Of a DNA stretch of 64,000 nucleotides, positions 44,289 through 54,359 are shown in pieces; within the stretch, counting starts at the first letter, position 1, and each line of letters begins with the position of its first letter. Under the pieces are notes generated by a model, which saw only the letters and a list, made by a program, of their open reading frames with translations, had not been told where the DNA came from and made no database searches. Position numbers and translations under genes: made by a program. This stretch comes from Patescibacteria group bacterium (lineage in GTDB: Bacteria > Patescibacteriota > Patescibacteriia > UBA2196): NCBI GenBank assembly GCA_036845805.1, contig DAIUDD010000001.1, positions 628 to 64,627 on the forward strand, given 5' to 3'.

Positions 44289-44615
44289 ATGTCGCAATTA
44301 GCAGTCATTAAAACCGGTGGTAAACAATATGTGGTCAAACCCGGCAGTGTCCTAAAAATAGAGAAAATAATCGGTGGAAAAGACACTTCTTTGATTTTTA
44401 ACGACGTCTTAATGTTGGCCGATGAAAAAGATCATAGTGTTACTCTTGGCAACCCGCTAGTTAAAAATGCTTCTGTTTCTGCCTCGGTCATGGAGCAGGG
44501 CCGCGCTAAAAAAATTCGCGTGGTGCACTATAAAGCCAAGACCAGGGAGCACAAAGTCTATGGCCACCGCCAGCCGTTTACCAAAATAAAAATCGAAAAG
44601 ATAATTACTAGTTAA
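44289..44615 (+). CDS. rplU: 50S ribosomal protein L21
   Basis: AVIKTGGKQYVVKPG...HYKAKTREHKVYGHRQPFTKIKI. Confidence 0.9.
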   Translation: MSQLAVIKTGGKQYVVKPGSVLKIEKIIGGKDTSLIFNDVLMLADEKDHSVTLGNPLVKNASVSASVMEQGRAKKIRVVHYKAKTREHKVYGHRQPFTKIKIEKIITS

Positions 44616-44633
44616 TTTTTAAAACCATGATTT

Positions 44634-45407
44634 GTGTCATGGTTTTTGCTTAAAAATATGAAAAATTATCACGAAAATGATTTTCCTTCAACCGCTGAAA
44701 TATTACAGCATGGCGATGAAGCATATCAGGGTGATTTTTTTGTCAATAAAAATGACCAATTAAAAAATAAACCAAAAGGAAGAAATAGAGCTCATCAGCA
44801 AAACCTTACTGAGCAATTTCCTGATGAAGCGGATGCATCAATGGAGGACCAGATTCTTGAAAGAATAGATAATGGACAAGAAGAAAAAGAAGATTTTGAC
44901 AAAATAAAAAGCAACGCCCCTGGCGGCATTAGAACTTGGCATGCGCCTGATCTAAAAATTAATTCACCCGAAATCAGTCCAGATAAGTGGCCAGAACTTA
45001 TTGATAATTATCAATTATCAAAAGGCGTGATTGATGGTTTAAAAACCAAAGAATTAACTGAACTTAGTTGGTATTTAACTATTCAGGCAGACGCCGAAGA
45101 ATTTTTTAATCGCTTGGGAAAAGCCGCAAAAAAATATGGCAAAGAAAGTCCAGAATACAAAAAAGCCAGAACAGCTTGGGACAGAGCAAAAGAAAAAGAT
45201 TTATTGAATTCTTTTCACAAAGAACAATCAGACAGCTTGGCGCCAGCCGAAATTAATGTGGCTTATAGTCTGCCATACATAATAAGAAAACATAATTTAG
45301 GTACCTTAAAAAAAAGTCATCGCGAATTTTTGTTAGGTTATGTTGATCGTCTGCTAAAAAAGCGTTCAGTAAAAATTCCGTTAGTAAAAGATAGAATAGT
45401 GGCATAA
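44634..45407 (+). CDS. Hypothetical protein (257 aa, acidic N-terminal half)
   Basis: No recognisable motif. Followed by bidirectional terminator ccccggctttggccgggg at 45412-45441. Confidence 0.4.
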   Translation: MSWFLLKNMKNYHENDFPSTAEILQHGDEAYQGDFFVNKNDQLKNKPKGRNRAHQQNLTEQFPDEADASMEDQILERIDNGQEEKEDFDKIKSNAPGGIRTWHAPDLKINSPEISPDKWPELIDNYQLSKGVIDGLKTKELTELSWYLTIQADAEEFFNRLGKAAKKYGKESPEYKKARTAWDRAKEKDLLNSFHKEQSDSLAPAEINVAYSLPYIIRKHNLGTLKKSHREFLLGYVDRLLKKRSVKIPLVKDRIVA

Positions 45408-45441
45408 TTAAAAACCCCGGCTTTGGCCGGGGGTTTTTTTA

Positions 45442-45771
45442 TTATTTCTCTAACCATTTTAATTTATTGCTTTGACAGTGGGGACATTTTTCCCCTGTTA
45501 TTTTTGTACCTTTTCTTGCCAAACTCGTTTTTTTACATTGGCCACAAAAGATGTAATTATAGTTTCTTATCTGCCATTTTTCCACTTGTATGGCTGCGTA
45601 ATATCCAATTATCGCGGCTATTAATGACAAATAAGAGAACCATTCTTTGTTTATATACATGCTGAGTAAAAAAAACACGATCAGCACCATTATGCCCCCA
45701 AAAAATGCCCAGTTAAAACTGCCTTTTACTATTTTCTTCATCTTCGTTTCCTCTTTTTTTAAACTTGCCAT
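45442..45771 (-). CDS. Small membrane protein with C-terminal 4-Cys zinc ribbon (paralog A)
   Basis: Two TM helices, then CGQC...CPHC. Confidence 0.45.
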   Translation of the reverse strand: MASLKKEETKMKKIVKGSFNWAFFGGIMVLIVFFLLSMYINKEWFSYLSLIAAIIGYYAAIQVEKWQIRNYNYIFCGQCKKTSLARKGTKITGEKCPHCQSNKLKWLEK

Positions 45772-46088
45772 TTTTGTACAACAACTTTTTCTTCATCACA
45801 GAATGGGCAACGACCCATATTATTTCCTTTTTTTAGTTTCCATGACTGGCCCCCACAATTAATACAAACGGCCTGACTGTATTTTTTGCTCACATAAATG
45901 ATGCGTGTATATATTGGCACAAAAATTAACAAACTAAGTCCGGCAGTAATTTCTAAAATTTTTATTTTTTTTAAATCCTGCTCGGTTTGTATCAACAAAA
46001 TCAAAGCAACTATTAAAAAAAACATTAGTCCCAAAAGTAAAAATTTTTCTGGGCAATCCATTTTGTATCTTTTAATTACGCTTTTCAT
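45759..46088 (-). CDS. Small membrane protein with C-terminal 4-Cys zinc ribbon (paralog B)
   Basis: Two TM helices, then CINCGG...CPFCDE; overlaps paralog A by 13 nt. Confidence 0.45.
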   Translation of the reverse strand: MKSVIKRYKMDCPEKFLLLGLMFFLIVALILLIQTEQDLKKIKILEITAGLSLLIFVPIYTRIIYVSKKYSQAVCINCGGQSWKLKKGNNMGRCPFCDEEKVVVQKWQV

Positions 46089-46109
46089 TTTTCCTCCCGC
46101 ATTTATTTT

Positions 46110-46715
46110 TTAAACAACAGTGCGGCCCTTAAACGCATTTGTTAGTGTGATCTCATCAGCATATTCTAAATCTCCTCCTTGGGGCAAACCGCGGGCTAAT
46201 CTGGTGATTTTTATGTTAGGATAACTCTTTTTTAATATTTTTGTCAAGTATAGCGCTGTAGTTTCGCCTTCAATTGTGGGATTTAAAGCCAAAATAATTT
46301 CTTTTATTTTTTGGCTATTAATTCTTTCAAATAATTTTTTAATATTTAATTTTTCTGGCATAATCCCTTCAATTGGATTAAGATAACCCTCTAAAATATG
46401 ATACACGCCGCCAAAGGCATGAGTTTTTTCTAAAGCCACCACATCTTGTTGTTCCGCTACCACCGTGATTACGCTTTGGTCACGATTTTTATCAGCACAA
46501 ATCAAACACAGTTCTTTTTCTGACCAATTGTGGCATTGATGGCATTTTTTTATTGCTTCGCCTGCATTTAAAATTGCTGCCGCCAAATTTTGACTAAAAA
46601 TTGGTTCTTGATTTAATAAATAAAAAACCAGCCGTTCTGCTGTTTTGGGCCCAATGCCAGGCAGACGGGAAAAAAGTTCAATTATTTTATTTAAATTATT
46701 TGGCCATTGATTCAT
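46110..46715 (-). CDS. recR: Recombination protein RecR
   Basis: LPGIGPKTAERL HhH, zinc finger CHQCHNW...CLIC, and Toprim domain. Confidence 0.9.
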   Translation of the reverse strand: MNQWPNNLNKIIELFSRLPGIGPKTAERLVFYLLNQEPIFSQNLAAAILNAGEAIKKCHQCHNWSEKELCLICADKNRDQSVITVVAEQQDVVALEKTHAFGGVYHILEGYLNPIEGIMPEKLNIKKLFERINSQKIKEIILALNPTIEGETTALYLTKILKKSYPNIKITRLARGLPQGGDLEYADEITLTNAFKGRTVV

Positions 46716-46804
46716 AAAATTATCTTGACAAGTGAAATTTTATTTGTTATAATATTTTAGCATTCATTCTTTTTTTATTGCCCATTACATTTTTGGAGGT
46801 GACC

Positions 46805-47143
46805 ATGAGTGATTTTGGCGAATATTTTAAGAAAATCGTGATTATTTCTTTAATTTTCATTTCTTGTTTGTGTCAGTCATTAGTGGCCCACAAACTACAT
46901 TCTTGGGCTCAACACAACAAGAATTTGTATAAAATTTTAGAAATCACGGACTTGGTCGGTTTCATTAGTAGCGGGGGGGAATCATTTGGCTACGCCAATC
47001 AATACAAGTGGTCATATGCCAGATGGTTAAATAATCCAAAAAGAACCACCATAGAGAAGTTACTGTTTTGGAAAGTCGGTATTCTGTATGACGCAACCAA
47101 CCCGCCAGATGAATATCAATACCCGCCGCTTTTTAAAGAGTAA
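46805..47143 (+). CDS. Hypothetical secreted/membrane protein
   Basis: ggagg RBS, N-terminal hydrophobic segment, and terminator at 47148-47185. Confidence 0.35.
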   Translation: MSDFGEYFKKIVIISLIFISCLCQSLVAHKLHSWAQHNKNLYKILEITDLVGFISSGGESFGYANQYKWSYARWLNNPKRTTIEKLLFWKVGILYDATNPPDEYQYPPLFKE

Positions 47144-47183
47144 ATTTTGAGACAGGGAACGCAACGGTTTCCTGTCTTTTTGT

Positions 47184-47438
47184 TTACATCCTCATCATCT
47201 CTTCGGCCATTAATCTTTGCACCTTGCCAGAAACATCATTAAAAGCCTTAATTAAATTTTGTTCCTGATTTGCGATGTCTAATTCTGGATTAAGTTTAAG
47301 ATTAATTATTTCTTGCGAGCCATTCATGGTAATAATAACTCCATTACTTTCTCCTGTTACCTGTTTGCCTGCTAGGACATTTTTTAATTCTTTGGCGCGC
47401 GATTGCAATTGATATAGATCTTTAATTTGATTAAACAT
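47184..47438 (-). CDS. ybaB: Nucleoid-associated protein YbaB/EbfC
   Basis: 84 aa; LQSRAKELKN...GESNGVIITMNGSQEII matches DUF149. Adjacent to recR. Confidence 0.8.
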   Translation of the reverse strand: MFNQIKDLYQLQSRAKELKNVLAGKQVTGESNGVIITMNGSQEIINLKLNPELDIANQEQNLIKAFNDVSGKVQRLMAEEMMRM

Positions 47439-47458
47439 ATTTTGTTAATTGTTTTTTA

Positions 47459-48853
47459 TTAATTATTTTCTGGTGTTCCTTCTCTTTTGGTTTCCAAATT
47501 CTTAAAAGTTGCTTTGGTCTCATCAAAATATAAAGAGATCATGCCGGTGGGGCCATTTCTGTGTTTGGCAATATAAACATCAGCTTCATTGCCGCGCACC
47601 GAGTCTTGCTTATACATTTTATCACGATAGATAAACAATACCACATCCGCATCTTGTTCAATCGAGCCAGATTCTCTTAAATCCGCTAGTTTGGGAATGG
47701 CGGTGGGCCGGTTTTCCACCTGGCGCGATAATTGTGAGAGTGCCAAAAGGGGCACATTAATTTCTCTGGCCACCGCTTTTAAACCGCGGGAAATTTCCGA
47801 AACCACTTGCACTCGATTATCAGAATCATTCGCTCCCGAACCTTCCATCAGCTGTAAATAATCCAGGACAATAAAACCCACCCCATGTTCTGCCTGCAAT
47901 CTTCTGGCCTTGGTGCGTATTTCCATCACATTGGCCGTGGGCGAGTCATCAATAAAAATTTTTGCTTCTGCCAATTGTCCCATGGCGTGCCCAATTTTAG
48001 AAAAATCAGATTCACCACCAAAATCCTCGCGGTCTGATAAGCGGCCGGTGCGCATTTTCCACATATCCACGTCTGCTTGGGCGCAAAGCATTCGATCCAC
48101 CAATTCTTCTTTCGACATTTCCAGAGAAAAAACCCCAACTGGTATTTTTTGTTGCACTGCAATTTGGCGCGCCAAATCCAAAGCCAAAGAGGTTTTGCCC
48201 ATCGACGGCCTGGCCGCTAAAATAATTAAATTTGATTTTTGTAAACCGGCCAATTTTTGGTCTAATTCAAAAAAACCAGTTGGTAAACCACGTAATTTAC
48301 CTGCTTCCCGGTGTAATTCGTCAATCCGATCAAAAGCCTCACTCAATAATTCCTTGATCGAGCTAAATTGATTTTTTAAAAATTGTTGCGAGACGTTATA
48401 AAGCTTGCTTTCAGCTTTGTCTAAAATATTTTGTATTTCTTCTTCTTCTTGATAACCCAATTGCACAATTTCCGTGGCCGCGTGAATTAATCGATTTAAG
48501 GTTGATTTTTTTTGGATTATTTTGGCATAATAGACCACGTGGGATGCCGTGGGCACCATATTAGCCAGAGAAGCCAAATAACTGCGGTCGCCAATTTGTT
48601 CTAATTGTCCCTTTTCTTCCAATCTTGAAGCCAAACTCAAAATATCAACCGGTTCTCTTTTTTCATATAATTCGAGCATCGCCTGATAGATTTTTGCATG
48701 GGCGTCTTTATAAAAATCAGCCGGTGTTAGAAAATCAGCGATTTTAATAATCGCGTCTTTATCAATTAACAGTGCGCCCAAAACCGATTGTTCGGCTTCA
48801 ATGTTTTGTGGCGGCAAACGGTCGCCCAAATTAGTTTTTTTATTTTCTGGCAT
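47459..48853 (-). CDS. dnaB: Replicative DNA helicase DnaB
   Basis: N-terminal DnaB domain, Walker A ARPSMGKTSLAL, Walker B FIVLDYLQLM, SRQVENR. Confidence 0.95.
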   Translation of the reverse strand: MPENKKTNLGDRLPPQNIEAEQSVLGALLIDKDAIIKIADFLTPADFYKDAHAKIYQAMLELYEKREPVDILSLASRLEEKGQLEQIGDRSYLASLANMVPTASHVVYYAKIIQKKSTLNRLIHAATEIVQLGYQEEEEIQNILDKAESKLYNVSQQFLKNQFSSIKELLSEAFDRIDELHREAGKLRGLPTGFFELDQKLAGLQKSNLIILAARPSMGKTSLALDLARQIAVQQKIPVGVFSLEMSKEELVDRMLCAQADVDMWKMRTGRLSDREDFGGESDFSKIGHAMGQLAEAKIFIDDSPTANVMEIRTKARRLQAEHGVGFIVLDYLQLMEGSGANDSDNRVQVVSEISRGLKAVAREINVPLLALSQLSRQVENRPTAIPKLADLRESGSIEQDADVVLFIYRDKMYKQDSVRGNEADVYIAKHRNGPTGMISLYFDETKATFKNLETKREGTPENN

Positions 48854-48952
48854 GCTTATACTTTAACTGATTTTTTTATTCAAAGCAAGCTGTCTTTTTT
48901 GCACAAGCTGTCAACTTTTAATGCACACGGTTATGGTTTATAATTAAATTAT

Positions 48953-50605
48953 ATGAACCTAAAAAATCATGCCAATTTGCTTATTTTAATTATTTCTGGC
49001 CTTGTTTTTTTCTTTATTTATAGTCTTTTGCCAGGTAGTCAGTTATTAAATAATATTAAAAATGATTACAATTTAAATTATAAATTTAATACCCCTGATG
49101 AGGTAATTAATTATTATTTTTCCGTCTCTTACGCCCAGACTGGTAATTTATATTATCTCGAACCACTCAATGTTTTTATGCACCGGGTAATTTTTCCGCG
49201 CTGGGCCTTGGTCGTCGGTAATAAAATTACTCCGGGTAATTTTTTAGGTCTTGATTTAATTTTTGGCTCCGTCGCTAAAGTTTTTGGTTTAGGAATAATT
49301 CCTTTTTTAACCCCACTTTTTGCTTTTGGCCTAGTGCTTTTTTGCTATTTTTTATTTCGTCTCTTTTGGTCAGAGAAAATAGCTTTCTTGTCTTGTTTGT
49401 TAATTTATATTTTTCCGCCTTTTTGGTATTACGCCAGCCGCACCTTGTTCCCTAATATTTTATTTTTATTTTGTCTAATTGCGGCGCTTTATTTTTTTAT
49501 TAAATTAATTTCCGGCGAGAACTTTGATGCCAATCGTAAAAATGTGTTTTTATCGGTCTTGGGTGGTCTTTTTTTAGGCGCTGCTTTAATTGGGCGTACT
49601 TCCGAAATTGTCTGGCTCTTTTTTCTTTTTTTATTATTATTAATTTTTTGGCACCCACCGCTTAAAAAGGTTTATCCTTTTTTGTTATTAATTATCTTTG
49701 TGGCGGCGCTCTGTTTTGTGCCAGTTTTTTATCATCATAAAATTTTATACGATAATTATTTTTCTACCGGCTATCCCTTAGATACCGTTAGTAATAATTT
49801 AGAAACCAACACCATTTCACAAATTGCTTGGTTAAAAGCCCTATTTTTGCCTTTTGGTTTGCATTTAAAAAATATTATTTTAGTTATTTATCATTATCTT
49901 TTAAAAATGCTTTGGTCCTGGTTTATTTTTTGGCTTATCGGTTTTGTATTTTTTATTAAAAATAAACCCAGTTTAAAAGAGAAAAAATTTTTAATTTTAT
50001 CCTTGGTGCCAAGTTATCTTTTAATTTATTATGGCTCTTGGCAATTTTATGATGCTACCGTGCCTGGCTTAATCAGTTTAGGTTCGTCCTATGTGCGCTA
50101 TTTTTTACCCTTATTTATTTTTAATTTGCCTTTTGTGGCTTGGCTTTTGTTTTTTGTCAAAGCCAAAATTAAAAATAAATATCTGTCTTTTTCTTTTATT
50201 TTTTTAGTCATCATTTGTTTATTTTTTTGGTCCTTAAATCTTGTTTGGTTTAAAGGTCCAGAATCTCTTTCACCACTTAAAAAACAACTTTTGATTTCTC
50301 AAACATTGGCCGTGGAAGTTGTTAAAAATACTAAACCCCATGACTTGATTTTAGTTTCTGCTTCGGCTGATAAAATAATTTTTCCTGAACATCAGCGCTT
50401 AATTGTGCCGCAAAATGGCGTGGAATGGCCAGAAATCAGGCGTCTATTAGCTGTTACCTCTAATAGCAATGTTTATTATTTTACGCCGGAAAATTCTGAT
50501 GTTATGGAATTAAATGAACAAATTTTTAAACCGCAAAATTTAAATTTAATAAACCCAGTTTATTTATCTCAGGGCTTTTTAGCGCAAATAAAATTAATTA
50601 AATAA
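48953..50605 (+). CDS. Polytopic membrane glycosyltransferase-like protein (PMT/ArnT GT39/GT83-like)
   Basis: 550 aa, about 12 TM helices, and an N-terminal periplasmic loop with acidic motif. Tentative. Confidence 0.4.
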   Translation: MNLKNHANLLILIISGLVFFFIYSLLPGSQLLNNIKNDYNLNYKFNTPDEVINYYFSVSYAQTGNLYYLEPLNVFMHRVIFPRWALVVGNKITPGNFLGLDLIFGSVAKVFGLGIIPFLTPLFAFGLVLFCYFLFRLFWSEKIAFLSCLLIYIFPPFWYYASRTLFPNILFLFCLIAALYFFIKLISGENFDANRKNVFLSVLGGLFLGAALIGRTSEIVWLFFLFLLLLIFWHPPLKKVYPFLLLIIFVAALCFVPVFYHHKILYDNYFSTGYPLDTVSNNLETNTISQIAWLKALFLPFGLHLKNIILVIYHYLLKMLWSWFIFWLIGFVFFIKNKPSLKEKKFLILSLVPSYLLIYYGSWQFYDATVPGLISLGSSYVRYFLPLFIFNLPFVAWLLFFVKAKIKNKYLSFSFIFLVIICLFFWSLNLVWFKGPESLSPLKKQLLISQTLAVEVVKNTKPHDLILVSASADKIIFPEHQRLIVPQNGVEWPEIRRLLAVTSNSNVYYFTPENSDVMELNEQIFKPQNLNLINPVYLSQGFLAQIKLIK

Positions 50606-50610
50606 AATAT

Positions 50611-51024
50611 ATGTCCGACCCCAATTGTATTTTTTGTAAAATTATAACTGGCGAAATTCCTTCGGAAAAAATTTATGAAGATGAAAAATGTTTGGCGTTT
50701 TTGGATATTCGTCCCGTGGTGCCTGGCCATGTTTTAGTCGTGCCCAAAAATCATTGCCGTAATATTTTTGATGCCACGCCTGAGGATATTACGAGCTTAT
50801 TTTTGGTTGTAAAAAAAATCAGCACCGCTTTAAAACAAGCGCTGAACTGTGATGGTGTTAATATCCAAAACAATAATGAATCAGCCGCTGGTCAGGTGAT
50901 TATGCACCTTCATATCCACCTCATTCCTCGCTACCAAGACGACAATTTGCATTTATGGCCCGGTACTGACTATGAACCTGGGCAGATTTCCCTCATCGCA
51001 GAAAAAATAAGAAAAGAGATTTAA
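50611..51024 (+). CDS. HIT family (histidine triad) hydrolase
   Basis: CIFCKII and HLHIHLIP (HxHxHxx). Confidence 0.9.
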   Translation: MSDPNCIFCKIITGEIPSEKIYEDEKCLAFLDIRPVVPGHVLVVPKNHCRNIFDATPEDITSLFLVVKKISTALKQALNCDGVNIQNNNESAAGQVIMHLHIHLIPRYQDDNLHLWPGTDYEPGQISLIAEKIRKEI

Positions 51025-51082
51025 TTTTTTATCTCCTCCTTTTTAAGGAGGAGTGGTCCGATATAAAATCGGACCGAGGTGG

Positions 51083-51475
51083 TTATTTTTTATGAATAAT
51101 CAACTTTTTAATCAAAAATATCAGAAAGAACGTAGAAAATTACTTAGAAGATCAATGCCCAAAGGCGAAGCAGTTTTATGGAGTAAAATTAAAAACAATC
51201 AGCTTGGTTATAAATTTAGAAGACAGCAAGGAATTGATAAATATGTAGTAGATTTCTATTGTCCAGAATTAAAATTAATTTTGGAAATTGATGGCGGGAC
51301 ACATCAATTAAACGGGGCTTTTATATATGATGAACAAAGACAAAAATATCTAGAATCTAAAGGTTTAATAGTTAAAAGATATAGTAATGATTTTATTCTT
51401 AATACTTTGAATGCCGTTTTAGACGATTTATATGCTTTTTGTTCTGATTTAAAAAACAAAATTAAAAATACATAA
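51083..51475 (+). CDS. DUF559 endonuclease-domain protein (Vsr/restriction-endonuclease-like fold)
   Basis: EAVLWSKIKNNQLGYKFRRQQGIDKYVVDFYCPELKLILEIDGGTH. Flanked by ctcctcctttttaaggaggag and cccctccttgaaaaggagggg hairpins. Confidence 0.65.
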   Translation, partial: LFFMNNQLFNQKYQKERRKLLRRSMPKGEAVLWSKIKNNQLGYKFRRQQGIDKYVVDFYCPELKLILEIDGGTHQLNGAFIYDEQRQKYLESKGLIVKRYSNDFILNTLNAVLDDLYAFCSDLKNKIKNT

Positions 51476-51614
51476 CCACCCCCCCGACAGTGCTATGCTT
51501 GTCGGATACCCCTCCTTGAAAAGGAGGGGATAGAATCTCCCCGAATCAAAAAAACCCATATACCAATGGGTTTTGTTATTCATAATTCTTAATTCATTAT
51601 TCCAAATTCATATC

Positions 51615-53006
51615 TTACTCAATTAGTGCCTGATATAAATTATTGTCATCGCTAAAATAAAGTCGATCGCCATCTTGATTAATAAAAATCATTTTAGCCG
51701 GGTAATTATTAATTAAATTGATTTGGACTTTTTCTCCCACCAAAGTTTCAATCACTTTTATTTCTTCTCCTGTCGCAAATACCACATGAGTTGGCACTGG
51801 ATACCATCGAGCTTGATTAATAGTTTGCGAGAGACGAGTGATAATTTTTTCTTCTTTATCTTTAATATTATAAACGGAAAATTCCCATTGATTGCCCATT
51901 AAAATATCCTGATTATTAATGGCTACATATTCTACCTCCGGAAAAACTTTTATTTTTTCTGTTAAATCAGCGCTGTTAATCAAATACAAGATCTTGTTTT
52001 TTGTTTCTCTAATTAAAATATATTCATTAATCATGCCGCTGATTTCATAATTACTGCTTAGGGGTAGGCCTTTAATATTAAGAGTATCGTTGTTATCTAA
52101 AAATTCACTCTTTTTAATTATTATTTCTTCTTTTTCCCTGCTTAAATAAAACAACTGATTTTTATCAGCCCAGCAATCAATTACTGGATTTTCTGTGGCC
52201 AGATTAGAAGTTTTATTAAGGGCCAGATCCAGACGTTTTATTTTTTGTTCAGCCACCATTAATAAATTTTCACTATTGTTTTGTTTAGACCAATGCCAAG
52301 CGCTAATTTCTCCGGTGATCAAATCTTCGAGATTAATAATTTTTTTAGCCAAAGTATCAAAAACAAAAAGACGCTGTTTTTTATTAAAGGCTATATACTG
52401 CTCAGTCGGCGAAATACTAATTTTGTCTGGTTTAAAATTTAATTCTAAAATCGGGCGCACTTCGGCTTTATCCAAATCAAGCAAAGCTAACTGATATTTT
52501 TCTTCTTCAAAATAAAGTAAGGCGACGCTTTTTTCTGTTGGTTCGCTGGCCAAAATTATTTTATGAGGCCAGATTTTTTCTACCGCTGGGTTTTCTTTAA
52601 ACAAGCGCACATATTGGGCAAAGGTGGTTTGATTAGGATAAACCGTCAATTTTTTTTGCCAACCATTATAATCTTGTTTTTTTAACTCTACTAAATATTC
52701 TCCCGGCAGGAGATTTTTTATTCTCGCTTCCGTGGTATCTTTTTGTTCCTTGCCGTTTAAAAATATTTTAGCTTTATCTGGTTTTGATTCCAAAAAAAGC
52801 ACCCCGGTTTTCTCCATGGTTCTTTTTTTAAAATTATAACGATAACCCTCAGCCATTAAAATCACCAAGGGAGCGGTGATAAAAAAAATCAAAAAAAAGA
52901 TAATATAAAGCACGCGCCGGTATTTTAAAGACATGTTAGCTTTTAATTGTTTTAAATATAAACTCCAAGACAATTTTATTCTATCAAAAAATGCCTTAAA
53001 AATCAA
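51615..53006 (-). CDS. Membrane-anchored PEGA-domain protein with beta-rich repeats
   Basis: N-terminal TM; PEGA-like LESKPDKAKIFLNGKE...LLPGEYLVELKKQDYNGWQKKLTV. Confidence 0.45.
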   Translation of the reverse strand: MIFKAFFDRIKLSWSLYLKQLKANMSLKYRRVLYIIFFLIFFITAPLVILMAEGYRYNFKKRTMEKTGVLFLESKPDKAKIFLNGKEQKDTTEARIKNLLPGEYLVELKKQDYNGWQKKLTVYPNQTTFAQYVRLFKENPAVEKIWPHKIILASEPTEKSVALLYFEEEKYQLALLDLDKAEVRPILELNFKPDKISISPTEQYIAFNKKQRLFVFDTLAKKIINLEDLITGEISAWHWSKQNNSENLLMVAEQKIKRLDLALNKTSNLATENPVIDCWADKNQLFYLSREKEEIIIKKSEFLDNNDTLNIKGLPLSSNYEISGMINEYILIRETKNKILYLINSADLTEKIKVFPEVEYVAINNQDILMGNQWEFSVYNIKDKEEKIITRLSQTINQARWYPVPTHVVFATGEEIKVIETLVGEKVQINLINNYPAKMIFINQDGDRLYFSDDNNLYQALIE

Positions 53007-53068
53007 TTACTTGGCTATTTATTAATAACAAAAATGAGTGATCTTAATATTTTTTCTTTTTTTCCATC

Positions 53069-54358
53069 ATGTGTTATAATATTTTTATTATGTACCCGGA
53101 ATTATCAGTCAATCCACAATCCGAATCAAAATTTAAAAAACGCGTCCCTCTTTGGCTGGCGGTTTTTTTGGTCATTATTGCTTTAACTGCCGGTGTTTTT
53201 TGGGGCGAGGGTATTGCTGATAAAAAAAATAGTGACAATCTGTCGGCCAAAACTTATGGCACGGTTGTAAGCAAAGATGGTCCTTTGCCGGAATATTTAA
53301 CCAAAGATGTTAATTTTAATTTATTTTGGGAAGTGTGGCAGAAGATTCAAAATTTATATATTGATCGGCCGGTTGGCGAAACTAAAATGCTCTATGGCGC
53401 GATGAGTGGATTAGTTGGTTCTTTGGGTGATCCCTATTCTATTTTTTTAGAACCAGTCACCACCAAAAAATTTAGTGATGATTTAAAAGGTAAGTTCGAA
53501 GGCATTGGCGCCGAAATTGGCTTGCGCGATAAGCTTATTACCATTGTTTCTCCACTGCCGGAATCGCCAGCCGAGCGCGCGGGTCTAAAAGCCGGCGATA
53601 AAATCGTCGAAATTAATGGCGAATCAACCGAAAAAATGACCTTGGATGATGCCGTCAATAAAATTCGTGGCGACAAAGGCACTATAGTTAAGTTAAAAAT
53701 TTTCCGTGAAAAAGATAATAATTTTCATGAGTACGACATTACCCGAGATGAAATTAAAATTGTCAGTGTCCGTTTAGAAATAAAAGATAATAATATTGCC
53801 TATCTGCAAGTGACTAATTTTAACGATGATACCGATGTTCGTTTTAAAAAAGCCGTGGAAGAAATTATTTTAAAAAATCCCAAAGGTATAATTTTAGATA
53901 TGCGCAATAATCCCGGTGGTTATTTGGAGCGCGCGGTTGACGTTGCTTCTTATTGGTTAACCAGTGATCAATCTGTGGTTTTGGAAGAGTTTGCCTCTGG
54001 CGAACGGCAAACTTATTTTTCTAAAGGCGTGGGGCAATTAAAAAATTATCCGACCGTTGTTTTGGTTAACGGCGGCTCGGCTTCCGCTTCCGAAATTGTA
54101 GCCGGCGCTCTGCAAGATGCGGGGTTAGCCAAACTGGTGGGAGAAAAGACTTTTGGCAAGGGTTCAGTCCAAACCCTAGAAAATTTATCTGACGGTTCAT
54201 CAGTTAAATTAACCATTGCCCGCTGGTTAACGCCTCTGGGGCGTCAAATTGATGTGGTCGGCATTGAACCAGATGAAAAAATTGAATTAACCGAAGAAGA
54301 TTTTAATCAAGGCAAAGACCCGCAGTTAGATAAAGCGCTGGAAATGCTTTCTCGTTGA
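53069..54358 (+). CDS. ctpA: S41 family C-terminal processing peptidase (CtpA/Prc)
   Basis: PDZ (GLKAGDKIVEING), catalytic GGSASASEIVAGALQD and K in NPGGYLE. Confidence 0.85.
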   Translation: MCYNIFIMYPELSVNPQSESKFKKRVPLWLAVFLVIIALTAGVFWGEGIADKKNSDNLSAKTYGTVVSKDGPLPEYLTKDVNFNLFWEVWQKIQNLYIDRPVGETKMLYGAMSGLVGSLGDPYSIFLEPVTTKKFSDDLKGKFEGIGAEIGLRDKLITIVSPLPESPAERAGLKAGDKIVEINGESTEKMTLDDAVNKIRGDKGTIVKLKIFREKDNNFHEYDITRDEIKIVSVRLEIKDNNIAYLQVTNFNDDTDVRFKKAVEEIILKNPKGIILDMRNNPGGYLERAVDVASYWLTSDQSVVLEEFASGERQTYFSKGVGQLKNYPTVVLVNGGSASASEIVAGALQDAGLAKLVGEKTFGKGSVQTLENLSDGSSVKLTIARWLTPLGRQIDVVGIEPDEKIELTEEDFNQGKDPQLDKALEMLSR

Positions 54359-54359
54359 T

